Shown in pieces: positions 34,975-50,146 of a stretch of DNA of 64,000 nucleotides (positions within the stretch are counted from its first letter, which is position 1; each line of letters opens with the position of its first letter). A program made the position numbers and the translations under genes. Source of the stretch: Azolla caroliniana (taxonomy: Eukaryota > Plantae > Polypodiophyta); contig JBHGNT010000004.1 in assembly GCA_043228905.1 (NCBI GenBank), positions 2,728,001-2,792,000 on the forward strand, written 5' to 3'. The notes under the pieces are model-generated. The model did not search any database. It saw only the letters and a list, made by a program, of their open reading frames with translations, and was not told the origin of the DNA.

Positions 34975-37900
34975 ACGTATGAGATGAGGTCCAAGATCAA
35001 GTTACTATGGTAACACAAAGGTGTTTTAAAAACCATGGGGGTGACAAATGCATGTCTTTCCCTGATCTCTATATCAATTTTTTCATGGTGGCTCCCCGAG
35101 GCTTAACCATGTATGTTTGCATCATGAATAGTTTAAACACGAAAAAATGTTAACAATAAACTATGTCTTTGTGCCCACCCATGTGGTTTTGGATCTTTAA
35201 GTCATATTACGAGGACCCCGAAGTACACTTAGACCTAAAGTCTAAACATGTGTTATAATCTTGGTCATATTTGAACTCAAGACCTTGAGAACAAATGCAT
35301 TTAACAGTTGAGCTAACCAAAAAGGTTGCTCGTGTTGAATATTTAATGCTTTATGCATATAAGGGATATGCAAGGCATTTGCCCATATATGTTTTTAAAA
35401 AGAAACATATATGTCAAGAGTTCTTATTTCCCCCTCGTTTACCACAAACTATGTTGGTATGTTACCTAACCTGAAGTCTCATAATTACGATGGTATACGC
35501 CAAAGTGCAACCTAATGGTCAAGCCAAATGAGCCCTCTTTTCGTAATAGGCCCACGTGGCCCATCACATGGTTACGTTGTCATACTCACACTTCCTCATA
35601 TCCACTCATTTACTTGCTCACAAGGAGGACAAAAACAAAAAACTTATAATATTTTTTACCCCTCACTAGGGGAGGCTAAATTTGTAATTTTTCAAAATGG
35701 GGAGCATTGACTCTAGGCACCTCATGAGTCAAAGGCTACTCCTTTCACGGAGCCTTTGATTTAAACTTTGAATCAAAGGTTGAGCCTTCTACTCTAGCTT
35801 GAGTTGAAAGCTCAGACAACCCTCAATTCGAGGCTTTGCCCTTTGGCTGGTTGCCATGCCGTCGTAACCCACAGTCATTGTCATTCATCAACATCTATTG
35901 TCGGTCATCACTTGTCATCATCTCCACCCACTGTCGTTGCCACCTTCATCCTCGACCAGCTTTTGTCATCGTCCATCGCCACCATTTACGTCTCTGGCAA
36001 CTCTACTTGCTACCACATGCAACTTTTGTTGCCACAAAACCATCATCCACTATCATCTTCAAGTGGCATCAACACCATCCACATCAACCTGCAAACATCG
36101 CGTTAACTTTATCTCTGTCTTTCAACCATACCATTTTATTCTTTTCTTTTTTTACTTTCTCACGCTCAAATTCTTAAATAAATTAAATGAATCCTCGGGT
36201 TCCTTTTCCCTTCCTCTCTCTTTCCTCCCTTAAGTTTCTCTACCCACGATTTTTTATACCCACATATCAATATGAATTCACACACATCTGCTACCCAAAC
36301 AAATATTTATCAACGCACGCATAAAGAGTTGATACCCGAATATATGCACACATACTCCTTCCACATTTTAATATATAAATACAAGTATACATACATTCAC
36401 TCTAAAAATGAGTGTATACATATAATTATGTACACAATTTTTGCACCCAATCGTGAATTGTCACAATCACAATCATAATCTAGCCCAAATTAATAAATAT
36501 TTAAAACACCAACTTAACCTCGCGCACTTGCACACACACACACGCCCAATGAATCATACAAGTTTATATAAACACACGTATACTTGGCAACATCCGCTCA
36601 CACGAGAGTATTGATGGTAGAACTATTCTTCTCATTTCCCAAAGAAGAACAAGTGTGAAACATGACAACTTCAAGCTCTCCATCGTTGAAACCTCGGCGT
36701 TTGGTTCAAGTCCCCAATGGTCCTACTAATGTTTCGTAAACACACACAAATTTTAACAACAACATTACAACTCTATATTTAAATACTAGGTGCCCAATGC
36801 AATATATTTAATTTATAGAGAGCACTATATCACATGTTATAAACTATATTTGAACTTGTTCAAAGTCCACTATACTAAGTTATATTTAAATGAGAAATTA
36901 CATTTTGAATACGAGCCCCTCAATTGTGTCTTTATTAGTCATCATGTACCTTTGCGTCATCGAGGTTTGTACCCTAATCAAGAGTGCCATCTTCTGCATG
37001 AGGCATTAATTGTGGAGCATCAAAGTTATTGAATCATCCAAACCATATAATCTTCAAGTAGGTTGACTCTAATGAGGATATTGTGAAGGGTGACCTGATA
37101 AATCATGATTCACGAGTCGTGTTTATACTTTAATCCTTATGTTTCAAAATGCAACTCCCCAAAAGTATGTCTACATATGCCATGTTGCATCATCTTCTAT
37201 AAGCTTGAGTCTAATGTTGATTTTGGTGTTCTTTTGAGAAAGTATTGCCTACTTATAACATTTAATAGTTAAGGTGAAGTGCATTCCATTCTTACGGTAC
37301 AAAAGAGAAATTATTTTTCTATCTCTTGGATATATGTAGTTCGTGTTGGTCTTTAAAACGTCAAACATGGTTGACTAACAATTTGAGTGGAGACAGCTTT
37401 TCACAACTAGCCCAAATAAGTAGAGAGGCCTATATCGGCATACTTTGGTTACATTGTGGAACATCAGGAGTAATCATAATCATACTTTGGTTACTTTGTT
37501 TCACAATGTAACGCTTGATGTTGCTCTTTGATTAGCCCCACGATGCTAGAGTAATCAATGAAGGTTAATTAATTTGAGTCAGTTGGAGTATTTCTCTTAT
37601 TTTCCCTTTCATTTTACATGTGAAACTACTTATCATTTGCATTTACAATAGCATATACTTTCTACCAATAGATGGTTGTTGCAACAAGGAATGCAAACGA
37701 ATATCACTGACTCTACCCTATGCTAGAAGTTATGGAACTTTCTCAAAAATATTATTTTAACATATCATCGGTTCTATCAATGCATTCTTTCTAGTGTTTG
37801 ATTTAAACTAGGCCAATTGTCTAGGGAAGTCACTCTCATACTTGATGTGATCATCTATGGAAATAAAATACATATATTCATTGGCCTTGAGTATGGCAGG

Positions 37901-39097
37901 GGTTTAGAGGTTGTTCCCAACCTATCATGGATTGTATTTATTCTTGATTTTTAATGTCTCCAGGTATAAGTTATCCAAAGATATGCCGTGTTTAACATAC
38001 AGAATCAATCTCCTTTACTAAAGTGTTGACTCTAGTAAAATAAGAGTCTCACGACTCTTGTGTATAGCTTTAAATGACATTGAAATATATAACTAATAGG
38101 AATTAAGTGAAATTATGACACTATGGGAGATATGAACATATTGCACAAAAAAACAAGAGTAATGTGATAATGCAACATGAGGATTCCATTTAAATTTTTT
38201 ATACTTGTGGATGGTGTAACTCTCTATCTAGTCCCCTAGTTTTGATATGTATACACATGCACAGACACTACTACTTCTTGATCCACATTTTAAACAAAAA
38301 CAATATATGTAGCCTGGCATGTGGTGTTTTGATTGTGAAATAAAAGTTAAACTATGCATGTCTATCCTTCTACATATGCATGCCAACACATCGTGTCAAT
38401 CGACCTTGATGATGTGTTTTTGTGATTCCTATACCTTAACCACTCCCAATAAACATCTTCTTTTAAACCTTCAAAATTGTGATAAACGGAAGTGTGCATG
38501 CATCATGCATGCTGCATACGTACCCAACAATTTAAACATTATGAAGGTCTTGTGTTGTGTTCTTTAAGTTATGTTGTCATTCGCACATTAACTATGTATG
38601 AAAGACCACAAAATATCAAGATATGTCATAATAGTAGCCAATGGTAGGTTGCAAGAATTCATGGAGTCGCAAACAAAAGTAGCCATGAATTCATGCAACG
38701 ACAATGTTAATCCATGGACGTACGAAGGCTAGCGCGTGAATCTACGTGGCATTGATGTTCTTTATTATGCATAAAAATATGCTTTATTTCATTGATTTAA
38801 GTGATGTTGACAATGGGGGTTGGTTCATGAGTAGGATGTCATGGTTAACATGTTGTGAGCTCAAAAATCAAACACAAATCCCTTATGCATCTCTGATGTA
38901 TCCATGCTCGATCTCAAAACAGAAGTGAGGAGGTGAAAGCATAACAACTAAAACCAATTATTGGAAAATGCTAAGGAGAGTTCTACTACATCAAGAGTTT
39001 CAAGGTATAATCTTGTGCAAAACACCATAATTGAGGAACAATTAAACCGAATGATCATCAACGATGTTGAGCTTAAGAGAATTACACATAGGTCATC

Positions 39098-39099
<2 letters not shown>

Positions 39100-39141
<42 letters not shown>
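39100..39141. repeat. (AT)n microsatellite
   Basis: Direct reading. Confidence 0.95.
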
Positions 39142-39144
<3 letters not shown>

Positions 39145-41563
39145 GTGTGCTAACATTTGTTCGTTTTAGTGTCAAGTAGTGGCATTGTATAAAGCAATGT
39201 TTGTGCGACTTTACTTTTTTCCATTGCATCGTAGCACGAGCCACCAACAATCGTAAACTTGATCATTTCCAAAGGCAATACTTTTCCGAGGAGGACAATT
39301 TAGTGTACTTACATAAAATAAATGTGTTATGTCTTCTCAGCAGACATTTATAGATGTAGATGATGGCTACACCCACCATGTTGAAATGCAACGATTTACA
39401 AGTCGGCTTTATTAATGACAACATCCTATCCATGTTGTGGAGTAAGTGGGCATTAAATAGTTGCATACCAAACTGAATCCTGCTTTTTTTTACCATTTTT
39501 CCACGACCGGCCACATCATAATAATGTTTGTGTTAAAATTGGATTATCGATAGAAACATTGTCTAATGCTCATTTTCATTTCCCTTTTTTCTTTTTATTG
39601 GGTATGCATATGCTCTATGAGCTGCTAAAGTTTGGAAATCTTGGACTATAGGAGCATTACCAATCACAATTGTTTTCGCTTTTAGGTGAAAAGTGGAGCT
39701 GATTTTAATCCATAATTCTCTTTTATATAGTATAGTACACGAGAAGAGGATTTGATGCATAGAGTATTTTCCTTCGAGAATGCTATTAAAACATAGGATA
39801 GAGATATAACACAACCAACAAACAATCTTGTCTTGTGGCTGAAACATTTCGAAATTTCTTGTAGTACATCAAACAAAGGCTGTCAATAAAGGATTATCAT
39901 AAATAAGATCCTTCCTTCAATTAGTGGCACTAGCAAGGCTTGTCTTTAATAAGGTTTTAGGCAATAAATCTCCCATTCTTCATACTCAGTAAGCTACATA
40001 CATCAATTCTTTAATTGTTTTTTTGAAACTTTTCTACATGCCTCAAAGTAAAGGGGAAACAAACAAAGAAGCCAGTTGCCACAACATTGATCAATCGTAA
40101 TCTATGCTTTGTTAACAATGTCATTTAGCTATCTATCACTTTCAACCCTTTGGCAATCAAGATGAGTTTATAACTCCCTATCTAGGATAAACATATTTGT
40201 TATATCATCTCAAGTAAAAATATGAATATTGTCGCACAATGAATGTAGCATTAAGGCTCTCGCATTTATATGCTCTATTTGTATGTAAAGTTTGTAAACC
40301 AAATATTATAAAGACAATGCTTTTCACATTGTCTTGTGTACCATAATGTTGTTGTTTTCTACCCTCATTGATGGAAAGCAAATTAGAAAGCCAAGTTGTA
40401 AGAGAAAGGTGTTAGTGACATGTTAATGGAACGATCCCCGCATAAAACTATGAACACTCTTAACGATCCACATTGTCTTTATGTAACGCCATATTGTCAT
40501 TATCTACCCATGTTTATGGACAACGATTTAGCAAGCCATATTGCTAGGGAAAGATGTCAGTTACATGTTAATGGAACAATCCAAAACTATGAACACTCCT
40601 AAGGGAAACTATCAAACATACCCACCCACGGTAACCCCCTCGAATTAAGAGTATCATTAGAAGTAGAATTTGTAATCACAAAAATGCCTTTGTATACCAC
40701 AATTAAAAGGTAAGGTTTGTAACTAGTGTTTATAAAAACGAGGCTATTATCTGCATGTGATCATCATCCGTTAATGCTTAAGCAAGTATATAATTATTAA
40801 TATGCATTCAAGTATGACCCAACATTCTTAGGGGAGGTACCACCATTCAAGCACTATAGTTCATTTTCATAGTGCAATTCCTTTTTTCTAAGGTGACACT
40901 TGTGAAGCATTTTGAATTAAAGTCAGAATTTTAGTTTATATGTATACGTTTGGTTCCTTGAACAATTTATGCCTGATTATATAATAACGTATTTTCAGTC
41001 TCCATTGATGCATCTCACTATGGTAGACGACGTACTCTGATGATATGCAGAAACCTCCGGAACGTGAACCTTGTGACAATATATATATATATATATTATA
41101 TTCTCTAAGGTTGTCCACCAAGTATTATTACCTTTAAAATCAAGCCACATGAACAAAAAAATTGACATTTATTCCGAATCATCGACTCAAACACTGAGAG
41201 CTAACTCAGTGGCACCTAATCTAAAACCATACACTCTTCTCTACAATTTGTTTCAATTAATTACGTACATCTTGTTAATATTCTAATCGTGCATTGTTAC
41301 TTACTTTGTTGTGTATGTATGATCATTTTATGATCTTTCGAAATTGCATGTCAAGATGTTTGTTCATAATGCTTAATGTCATGTCATTCATTGAATCATG
41401 CGTGAGTTTTGCTGCGGAATTCGAGTCGACCTTTTCCATGATAATTCTGCGGATCCACAAATTTTAAATTTGTTTTTCCTTGATTTGACTATAGAAGAAT
41501 AGCTTAAATCGTTGACATAGTCAGATCGAATGAATACTCCCAATGATCGGATCAGCAATCTAC

Positions 41564-41594
<31 letters not shown>

Positions 41595-42151
41595 AGACAT
41601 AGACACAGACACACAGAGACAAATAAGGAATGAAATTGAGTATCTCTAACCAATTTTTCATTCTAAGGGAGGTGACCACAAATTCATAGAACAAAGCTAT
41701 AACAGAGGAAGGAAGATTGGACACTTGTTACTTAAACAATGAGAGGGAGGGAGGGAGAGAGAATTAGCATTAGCATTAGCATTAGCATTGGCATTATCAT
41801 TATTATTAACAGGAGAAAGCAATGAGATATAGTGGAATGAGATTACAAAGGGCTGTTTCATTCTCTGGGATTGGACATCTCTCAGCTTAGAATAGAGGGA
41901 GAGGGAGAAGGGAAAAGAGAAGGGGGGGGGGGAGGAGAAGTGCAGAGAAACATTAACATATAATATATGGTACATCATAATAATAACAATAACAGATTCT
42001 CCATACAAAAGGTAATACAAAGATGATGGTGGTGATGGTGATGATAATGATGATGATGATGATGATGATGGTTTCAAAATGGTAGAACAAAAGAGGGGGG
42101 GGGGGAGGAAAAAATAGTTAAAATTTGGAAGTAAGCAGGCAGGAAGGAGTA

Positions 42152-43756
42152 TTAATAATGGGGGGGTGGGGGAGGGGAGGAGTAGAGGTAAGGAGGAGAT
42201 GGCGGCGGCGGAGATTGGTAAAGGTAAGGTGGAGGCGGCGGCGATGGCGGCGGCGGAGATTTGTAAAGGTAAGGTGGAGGAGGGGGGGAGGGGGGAGGAG
42301 GCGATTTGTAAAGGTAAGGGGGAGGAGGCGGCGAAGGGGGAGGCGGAGATTTGTAAAGATAAGGTGGAGGCGGCGGCGATGGGGGAGGCGGAGATTTGTA
42401 GAAGTAGGGAGGAGGCGGCGGCGGCGGCGATTTGTAGAAGTAAGGAGGCGGTGGCGGCGGGGATTTGTAAAAGTAGGGAGGCGGCGGCGGCGGCGATTTG
42501 TAGAGGTAGGGAGGGGGCGGCGATGGCGGCGGAGGTGGCGACGGCGGCGGCGGCGGCTTGGGCGCCGGACAAATCTGGTCGGTGGCGAAGAAGGCACTGC
42601 ATTCCTGCGGGGAGCGCTGGTCCGGGAAGCCGGACAAGCAGTCCTCCCGGACATCGAACACCACGCCCCGCGCCGGCAGCGCGCTACACTCGGGATCCAC
42701 GGACGTGAAGAAATTCTCGGAGGCCGTGAAGTTCTGGAGCTTTGGGAGGGTGCATATGGAGGCCGGGATCGCCCCCGACAGGAGGTTGTCCGCCACATTG
42801 AGCTGCTCCACCTTCCGCAGCTGCGAGATGGACGGCGGGATCACCCCGCTCAGGTTGTTGAAGCTTATGTCCAGCACATTGAGCTCGTGGAGCACCCCGA
42901 ACCCTTGCGGCACGCACCCCGTCAGCCCGTTCCCAAGGAAGATCGTCTCGACCAGCGTGTCGGCCATCTTCGACACGCTGTCCGGGATCCTGCCCTCCAG
43001 GTTGTTGCGCGCGAACACTATCACCGACACGGGCGAATTCCCGAGGTTCCCCGGGATCGAGCCCGAGAACAGGTTATCGTTCACGAAGATGGCATTCAAT
43101 GTCTTCACCTCAAAGAGCGCGGACGGCAAGTAGCCCGAGAACCGGTTGAACCGTATGTCGAGGAACGCGAGGCTCGGCAGGCACAGCACGACCTCCGGGA
43201 ACGGGCCCTCGAAGAGGTTGTTGCTCACGTCGAGCTCGTAGAGGAGCGTCCATTTCGAGATAGACTCGGGTAGGGTACCATAGAACCTGTTGGAATTGAT
43301 GTGGAATATGGCCAAGTACTTGAGTAGGCCTAGTTTCTCCGGGAGCGTCCCCGTGAGGTTCGCGTGGTTGAGGTCGATCCCCGCGACTACCAATTTGCAC
43401 GAATTGTCGGGTGGGGGCGCGCAAAACACACCCTCGTATTTGCACACATTGAAACCTACCCATGTGTCTGTGATGCCTTTGGGATCGGAGGTTATGGCTT
43501 GTTTCCATGCTTGGAGAGCAAAGTAGGAGGCGATAAGGTTAGGATTTAGGATGAAGGGTCCGAGGAAGCCGGGGAGATTGAAGCCACCACCGACTCCCAC
43601 CTGATTCAATGTGCGACGGGGGCGAGAGACAATTAGATCGGGATCGAGGCCGTCCATGGTGATTGGATCGACGCCATCTGACATTACATCTGTGATGAAG
43701 GTGGAGGAGGTGCTGATGATGCAAATCACTAGGAGAAATGCCCTTGGGAAACCCAT
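42152..43756 (-). CDS. LRX: Leucine-rich repeat extensin (cell-wall LRX/PEX family), intronless
   Basis: ATG at 43756 with a signal-peptide-like MGFPRAFLLVICIIS. LRX cap ALQAWKQAITSDP...C.YEGVFC...VVAGIDLNHA, plant LRRs, Cys-rich linker QRSPQEC, and Ser-Pro4 / YxYK extensin repeats. Confidence 0.95.
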   Translation of the reverse strand: MGFPRAFLLVICIISTSSTFITDVMSDGVDPITMDGLDPDLIVSRPRRTLNQVGVGGGFNLPGFLGPFILNPNLIASYFALQAWKQAITSDPKGITDTWVGFNVCKYEGVFCAPPPDNSCKLVVAGIDLNHANLTGTLPEKLGLLKYLAIFHINSNRFYGTLPESISKWTLLYELDVSNNLFEGPFPEVVLCLPSLAFLDIRFNRFSGYLPSALFEVKTLNAIFVNDNLFSGSIPGNLGNSPVSVIVFARNNLEGRIPDSVSKMADTLVETIFLGNGLTGCVPQGFGVLHELNVLDISFNNLSGVIPPSISQLRKVEQLNVADNLLSGAIPASICTLPKLQNFTASENFFTSVDPECSALPARGVVFDVREDCLSGFPDQRSPQECSAFFATDQICPAPKPPPPPSPPPPPSPPPPYLYKSPPPPPPYFYKSPPPPPPYFYKSPPPPPPPYFYKSPPPPSPPPPPYLYKSPPPPSPPPPPYLYKSPPPPSPPPPPYLYKSPPPPSPPPPPYLYQSPPPPSPPYLYSSPPPPPHY

Positions 43757-43970
43757 GTGGTGTTTATGTTTCTCTAGGGGTAGTAGTACCAAATGAGGAT
43801 TTTAGGGTTGAGGGGCAATGCTGGTGGTGCTATAATCCATCATGGCTTAAGCTGATCATCAGCATTGGAGAGAGAAAGAGAGAGAAGGAGGGGTTGTGAG
43901 TTTGCGTTATGCCTTCTCATTCATTTATTTGATGTTATGGATACACACACTCACACAAACACACTAGAGT

Positions 43971-43980
43971 GAAGAAGAAG

Positions 43981-44010
<30 letters not shown>
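43971..44010. repeat. (GAA)n microsatellite upstream of LRX
   Basis: Direct reading. Confidence 0.95.
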
Positions 44011-44012
<2 letters not shown>

Positions 44013-44775
44013 GGTTGTCACAATCCTTGCTTGTTTTGAGTGTGTGTGGCCACGGTAGGGGTTGGGGGGGAAGAGGCACTATTTGCATACCAATGATGAA
44101 TGTGGGTAGTTTCAATTATGTACTACATACATACATGTGTCTAATAAATACATACATATGTATACGTAAGGAGTATGCTCATACATAAAACTCGTTTATA
44201 CATACATACCATACATATACATAGTTAGTTTATGCATGCATGGGCTCCCCTAGTGGAGTGGGGGTGGGGTGGGGGCATTTAAGACCCTTTACCTGTTGGT
44301 TCCACATGTGTCCAATCACTCATTCATATCTAGTCATTCACTCATTCATTCATTCATGTATGTATGTATGTATGCCAGCCTAGCCCAGCCCAATCCAATC
44401 CATCCATCTCTATTTCCTAATACCTACCTCACTCTCCTTTCCTTTTCTCTCAAAACTATATTGTTCCTTTTGAATGTTTTCCATTCTCTCTCTCTCCCTT
44501 TCAACTTTTCTCTTCCTTTTTCCTTTTGTCTCCTCTATAACCTTTTAAAACTCAACCCATGCACATGTCCAAAAAGCCCACCCCCCCCAACCCCAACATC
44601 ACCCGAACCAATGTGGGCGTGCTGGTATCTTTGTTTATCTTTTCGATGATAAGAGTCATCACTCAAGGTGGTGTCTCGAAGAGAGGTAACGTAGATAGGA
44701 CCTTTTTCAATGACATCCACACGTATGTGTACACATTTTTGTTCTCACATGTCGAGACACTGATTCTTTTCGGCA

Positions 44776-45113
44776 CCTTGCCGATTTGTTAGCATGATTG
44801 TTCTCGTGAGGATTCACAACATACACCCCCTGATTTCTGCTATTTTCATGTCGTATCTAGTTGTACAAGCACTCGCATTGTGTTACGCGATTGTTCTTGA
44901 GATTATTGACAACATACACCTTGTCGATTTGTTAGCACGATTGTTCTCGTGAGGATTCACAACATACACCCCTTGATTTCTGCTATACTCATGTCTTATC
45001 TAGTTGTACAAGCACTCACATTGTGTTAAATGATTGTTCTTGAGTGATTGACAACATACACCCATGGTTGTTGCTCTATTCTTGTCATATCTAGTTGTAC
45101 AAGCACTCACATT
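44776..45113. repeat. ~143-bp tandem repeat, about 2.3 copies
   Basis: GATTGTTCTCGTGAGGATTCACAACATACACC and TCTAGTTGTACAAGCACTC recur. Confidence 0.85.
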
Positions 45114-48100
45114 GTATGTATTCGATAGAAATGTGTTAGATGATTGTAGAAGGGTAGATGATTTTAGCGTGGACATGATCCCTCCCTAGAATTCTCATGT
45201 CTATCTTACTTTGCTCGACCCTATAATTGAAACTTTTGTTGACATGATATCATACATGGATAATGTGTGGCCATGATTTGGATTGCAAACGAATGTCGTC
45301 AATTTATCCAAACACCAAAATTTGGTATTTATAGCCTTTAATATTGTCTATGTTAAAATGTACACAATGACTCAAACCATCACTATTTTTGAAAAATGTG
45401 CTTCACATTCTTTTTGGTAAAATGGATGTTTTCCGCCTTTGGCAATACCATTTTTAAAGCTATGTTTGTGTTTAATGAACAAGGAGTCAAAATGTATGGT
45501 ATAATTTCTTGTAGGATATTTTACCAACCTGAGGATGTTTGATGCTAATGCTATGCAAATTATGTAGGGAAGAAGACCAAATATTGATAGTTCTATGGCT
45601 ATATACGATTACAAAAGTTACGATTTGAAAATAGTAGGGAGGGGGGCCTACGGTAAATGGTTGGCGAGTACATCAAAGTAAACTCTTCGTGACTAGATAT
45701 ATCGTCAACTAAGATCCATTTGTTCCTTGATTATGAAATGACAAATTAACCAATGTCCACAATGGACAAAATCGAACGCATGTAGAAGTGGATGAAAATT
45801 GAAATGTAAAGGGTCTCATGATGTAATAAATGAAGCAAAGAGTCATGAGATAAGCATGATTATCATATGTGCAAGAGTGTCTCATAACATAGAAATAATC
45901 AATATTTGATCACAATGTCAAGTACAAGTGTAGTACTAGACATCTTTTGTGTTTAACACAAGTTGATTCATTTGTAGTACTTTGGGGATTGCATGCAAAT
46001 TTCTCAAAGAGGGACGACTCGCAAGTGTTTTTGGGTAATATGAGTCTAAATGACAACACTCAAGAGACTATCTCCATATACATTCTTATAACACTAAATT
46101 TTAGTTTTCTTGCCACAAAAAATGTCCTCTTACAATAGGAAACCAAAAATCTACAATAATGGGAAAGCTAAAAAAATCTCTTCTCCTTAATTTGAATATT
46201 TTAAAAAGGATAATTCATAACATAGTCTTATTGTTCTAATACATTTCAACATTGATAGTTTTCAACTATCCGTAGAAGTGCATGTAGATTTGGAAGTGAG
46301 AACTTGAACTAATGCATATCATAATGGTAGAGCGTTTAGTACATGAATGGGAAAACTCTCAACACATTGAAAAATGTGATTTATATGTTCAAAATTCCAA
46401 ACAACTTAATAGGCATGGATCAAATTTTGGAGAAGGGATGAATCATGTATGTATATATGTAACAGTCACGGGTCCGCGATGTACAAGTATGGATGCAACA
46501 AGTGGGGAAGTTTTGCAATATGCAGTATTAAATCTTTGTCAATGATTTTCAGTGAGGATCCATATTTGCATTCACATTATGAGCATTGTTGTGAGCATGA
46601 TTTATGTAGCACGTGATTTGTGACGATTCCATTATTTGTCATTTCAAGAGTTTCTTCGAGAGTAATGCAAGGAGATACCTTGTTTTCTATGAGAGTGAGC
46701 TTTAATGAGGTATTGAGAGACCTCATTTGTGACCACATTATTGCAAGAGAATGATAGATTTGTTTGAGCAATATGGTAGTAGAGTTGTTAAGCTATGCGT
46801 ACCACTTGAACTTAGGCATTAACCAAAAAGACCACCTCCAACTGGCAACTTTGTCATGTTAACTCCCGTAGGCTTGAAACACAAATGTCTATATTGACAA
46901 GGCTGTTTTTAATTAGATCATTAGTCAAATAGTTGGTATGTGGATTTGATGTTTTTATCATAAAAAATATCCAATGATGTGTGAACCTTGTTTTAAAGGT
47001 AAACTTATCAAAGCCACTAAGTTTATGATACATTGGATTTCTTTCAATTTAATGTGGGGCAAACACAAAATAGCATTATAGTTATTATCACATTCATCAA
47101 TGATTGGACAAAAACATTTTGGATGCATTCCAATTAGGCACAAAAGTGGCATATTAAAGAAGTATGTAAAATTTAGAAGTTTGTTTGACATGAATGTATT
47201 GAAATTGTGGGGAGACAATTTGTAGTTTGAGATCAAGCATAATATGAAAATAAAATGCAATCACAATCAAGAGGCTTGGTTAGAGATCTTTGCTTTGCAT
47301 CAAGAGGCGCTTTTATACCTCAACACACTACTAGTTTCTAATGTTGGACGTAATGTGAAGATTGTTTTCTTATTTGGGATCTAAATCCCACTTAGGTAGG
47401 GCCATCACAAGGGTATGCTTCCCTAATTATATGTCATTCATTTTGTAATATAATATCATTGTTCACGAGGGTATGTTTTCTTATTATTGTGGAGGGGCAT
47501 TCGAGTCAAAAATGTTCAATGATTTCGTGATAAAACATGGAATTGGTCAACATAGAATTCCTACTTTTATCAATAGTAATAAAAATATCATGAGATGCTT
47601 TTATATAAGGAAACCAAATGTCCCAAGCATTAAATTAATTTCTTGTTCTTGTACTTTATCAATTCATAAAAAGTTTCAAGCAAAAGTTATAGTTGTGTTT
47701 GTTTTAGAGAACGCGTATCGATGCCTTGGCCCACAATCCATTGAATGTAAAGATATGTGTCCAAGGATGTAAAGGAGGTGCCAAATTTCATAATTGGGAA
47801 GACCAATCATGTGGAATGGCAATCATGAAAGGTGAAATCTATGTTTAACAAGTGTGACAAACTTCTCAATTTGAATGAAGAGGTTTATATACCATAATGG
47901 AAGATATAATGACACTTTTATGCGACAAGATTAGGAATGTATCCCTAACGATATGTATGACATCCATTGACATGTAATGCATCAAGGATGTTTTGACTCC
48001 TTTGCAATACACTAATACTCAAGATACGGGATACCAAAGACATCTTATATAAAGTGATCAGCTTTGAGGGAAAGAGAAACATGTAGGTCCTACAATCGTA

Positions 48101-49778
48101 CATGAGCAACAATCTCTACCTACAACACACACAACATTCATTGCAACAAAAACCAAATGTCCAAGGAAAACAAGTGAAAATTCCACGAGACTAGAAAGAT
48201 GCTCACAGATATAGAAAATAGTTTGAGAGAGTCTATAGAATTACTTTACTCTTCGACGGAAACATCATTCACAATAACCATCATGTGTCCTTCAATGTTA
48301 TATTCTCAAATGTTATTAGCTCTTTGTTGTCTCATTTAATTATTCTAAAGCTTTAAAGGACCTTCTCCAATAATTGTTTCGTTTCTCCTCCAATGCCACA
48401 TATGTAGGTAACGCTCGATACCTCTCAACCAAGATTCATGTTCAATATTGTAAATAAACATCATGCTTGCTTCTGCTTTTCTAGGGTTCATTTCTATACT
48501 ATAATACTATTTTCATTTAAAGATACATAACTCATCTATAATGAAGACGAATGTGGCTATTCTTCTCATACATAGACTTCACATGTACATAATGAATAGT
48601 TGGTGCGACTTGTTTCATATGACTTTGTGATGAGTAAAATAGGTGTCACAACCCCAAATATAATTAGTTTGTAAATAAATTTTCTTAATTAAAATTCATA
48701 AAAAGAATTACATTGTTAGATATTTACATCATTATACAATTGAATGTCCATATCGAAACAACCATGAAAATAGAATTGGTTTGTCACATGGCACAAAAAC
48801 ACAGGTACAGTCGTTGGGGCAACATTTTTGCGACAGTATTTTTATGACACATCTAATTCGGAACCAAACATGGAAATCTCTATTCATTCGACTCCTTTAA
48901 ACTTAAAAGGGGTGGGGGGGTGTCAAAGCATATATGGAATGCTTCTATAGAAAAACAATAGCCTAAACCATATATAAGATCACCCCAAAAAAAAGTAGAG
49001 AGAAATTCACCTCCTGACCATAGGTGCCATCACCCAAAAAAAGTAAATGAGATTCACCTCCCCATGGTAGATCACAATAATATGTCATGTGCCAAATTCC
49101 CACTAAATTTCTAGGCCACTCCACAATATTTAGGGGCATTCAGTATAGTTATGTTGAAACCAACGAAGGTCACCAGTGTACATTAGGCCACAAAAGATGT
49201 CCTGGTCCTAGCCCAACATAAATACCAACACTGGAACATTACAAATGATTCTTGTCTTCATACTTCGACTAAAGGAATTTGGGTACATTATAAACTTGAA
49301 GGCTGTGGTTCTAAAATATTATGTTCCCAGACGATGAAGCACGACTATATGACCTTTTCCAGAATCAAACAACAAGGAATTCTCCGATGTAAGTGTGGGG
49401 GTTGTAACTAAATTTATGTTTGGGTCCTCAGTTTATGTGAAATATGACGAAAAGCTGAACAAAATCCCGAAATGCCAATGAGTAACTTCACCATGACTGT
49501 CTTGTTTCAATGTTTATATGGGGAACGGCATCTTTCGGATCTCATGTAACGGTTTCTATGGCCTTGGCCTGACAATACATCTTCGGGGATGATACTGCTT
49601 CCCATAGCTTTGTTAAGTATGCTTTGGTCATATCAATGCAGGCCACTTCTCTTTTCATAAAATCCAGAAATGCCAACAAGTAATTTCACCATGATTGTCT
49701 CATTTCAATGTAAACCACATGTTTAGGCCCTTTCCCTCGAACCCATTTATTAAGGGTTCAAAATCGAGATCTGAATCT

Positions 49779-50146
49779 GATTAACGCAAATGGCAATAAG
49801 GCATCCCTTAAGATGAAGAAACATTACTTGGGTCAAAACTCCAATACCATAATTCAGTCATCTTAATAGAGCATGAATATTTCTCAAATCTCAAATGATA
49901 AGTTTTATTCACGCCCTTTATATATATTAGACATTGAAACATATGCTTTCGCAACTTTTTCTTGGATTAACGCAAATGGCAATAAGGCATCCCTTAAGAT
50001 GAAGAAACATTACTTGGGTCAAAACTCCAATACCATAATTCAGTCATCTTAATAGAGCATGAATATTTCTCGAATCTCAAATGATAAGTTTTATTCACGC
50101 CCTTTATATATATTAGACATTGAAACATATGCTTCGGCAACTTTTT
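49779..50146. repeat. 186-bp-period tandem duplication of the PPR stop codon and 3' UTR
   Basis: GATTAACGCAAATGGCAATAAGG... begins at 49779 and at 49965. Confidence 0.92.

Noticed and set aside
36600-41000. Possible decayed TE coding remnants
   Set aside because: No motif could be identified with confidence by eye.
41697-43273. Long Arg-rich and Ala-rich ORFs (e.g. 42125-43273 +, 41697-42602 -)
   Set aside because: Shadow frames of the GC-rich, repetitive LRX coding sequence.
45400-49700. Possible degenerate transposase relic
   Set aside because: Only stop-riddled fragments; no TIR, TSD or catalytic motif found.
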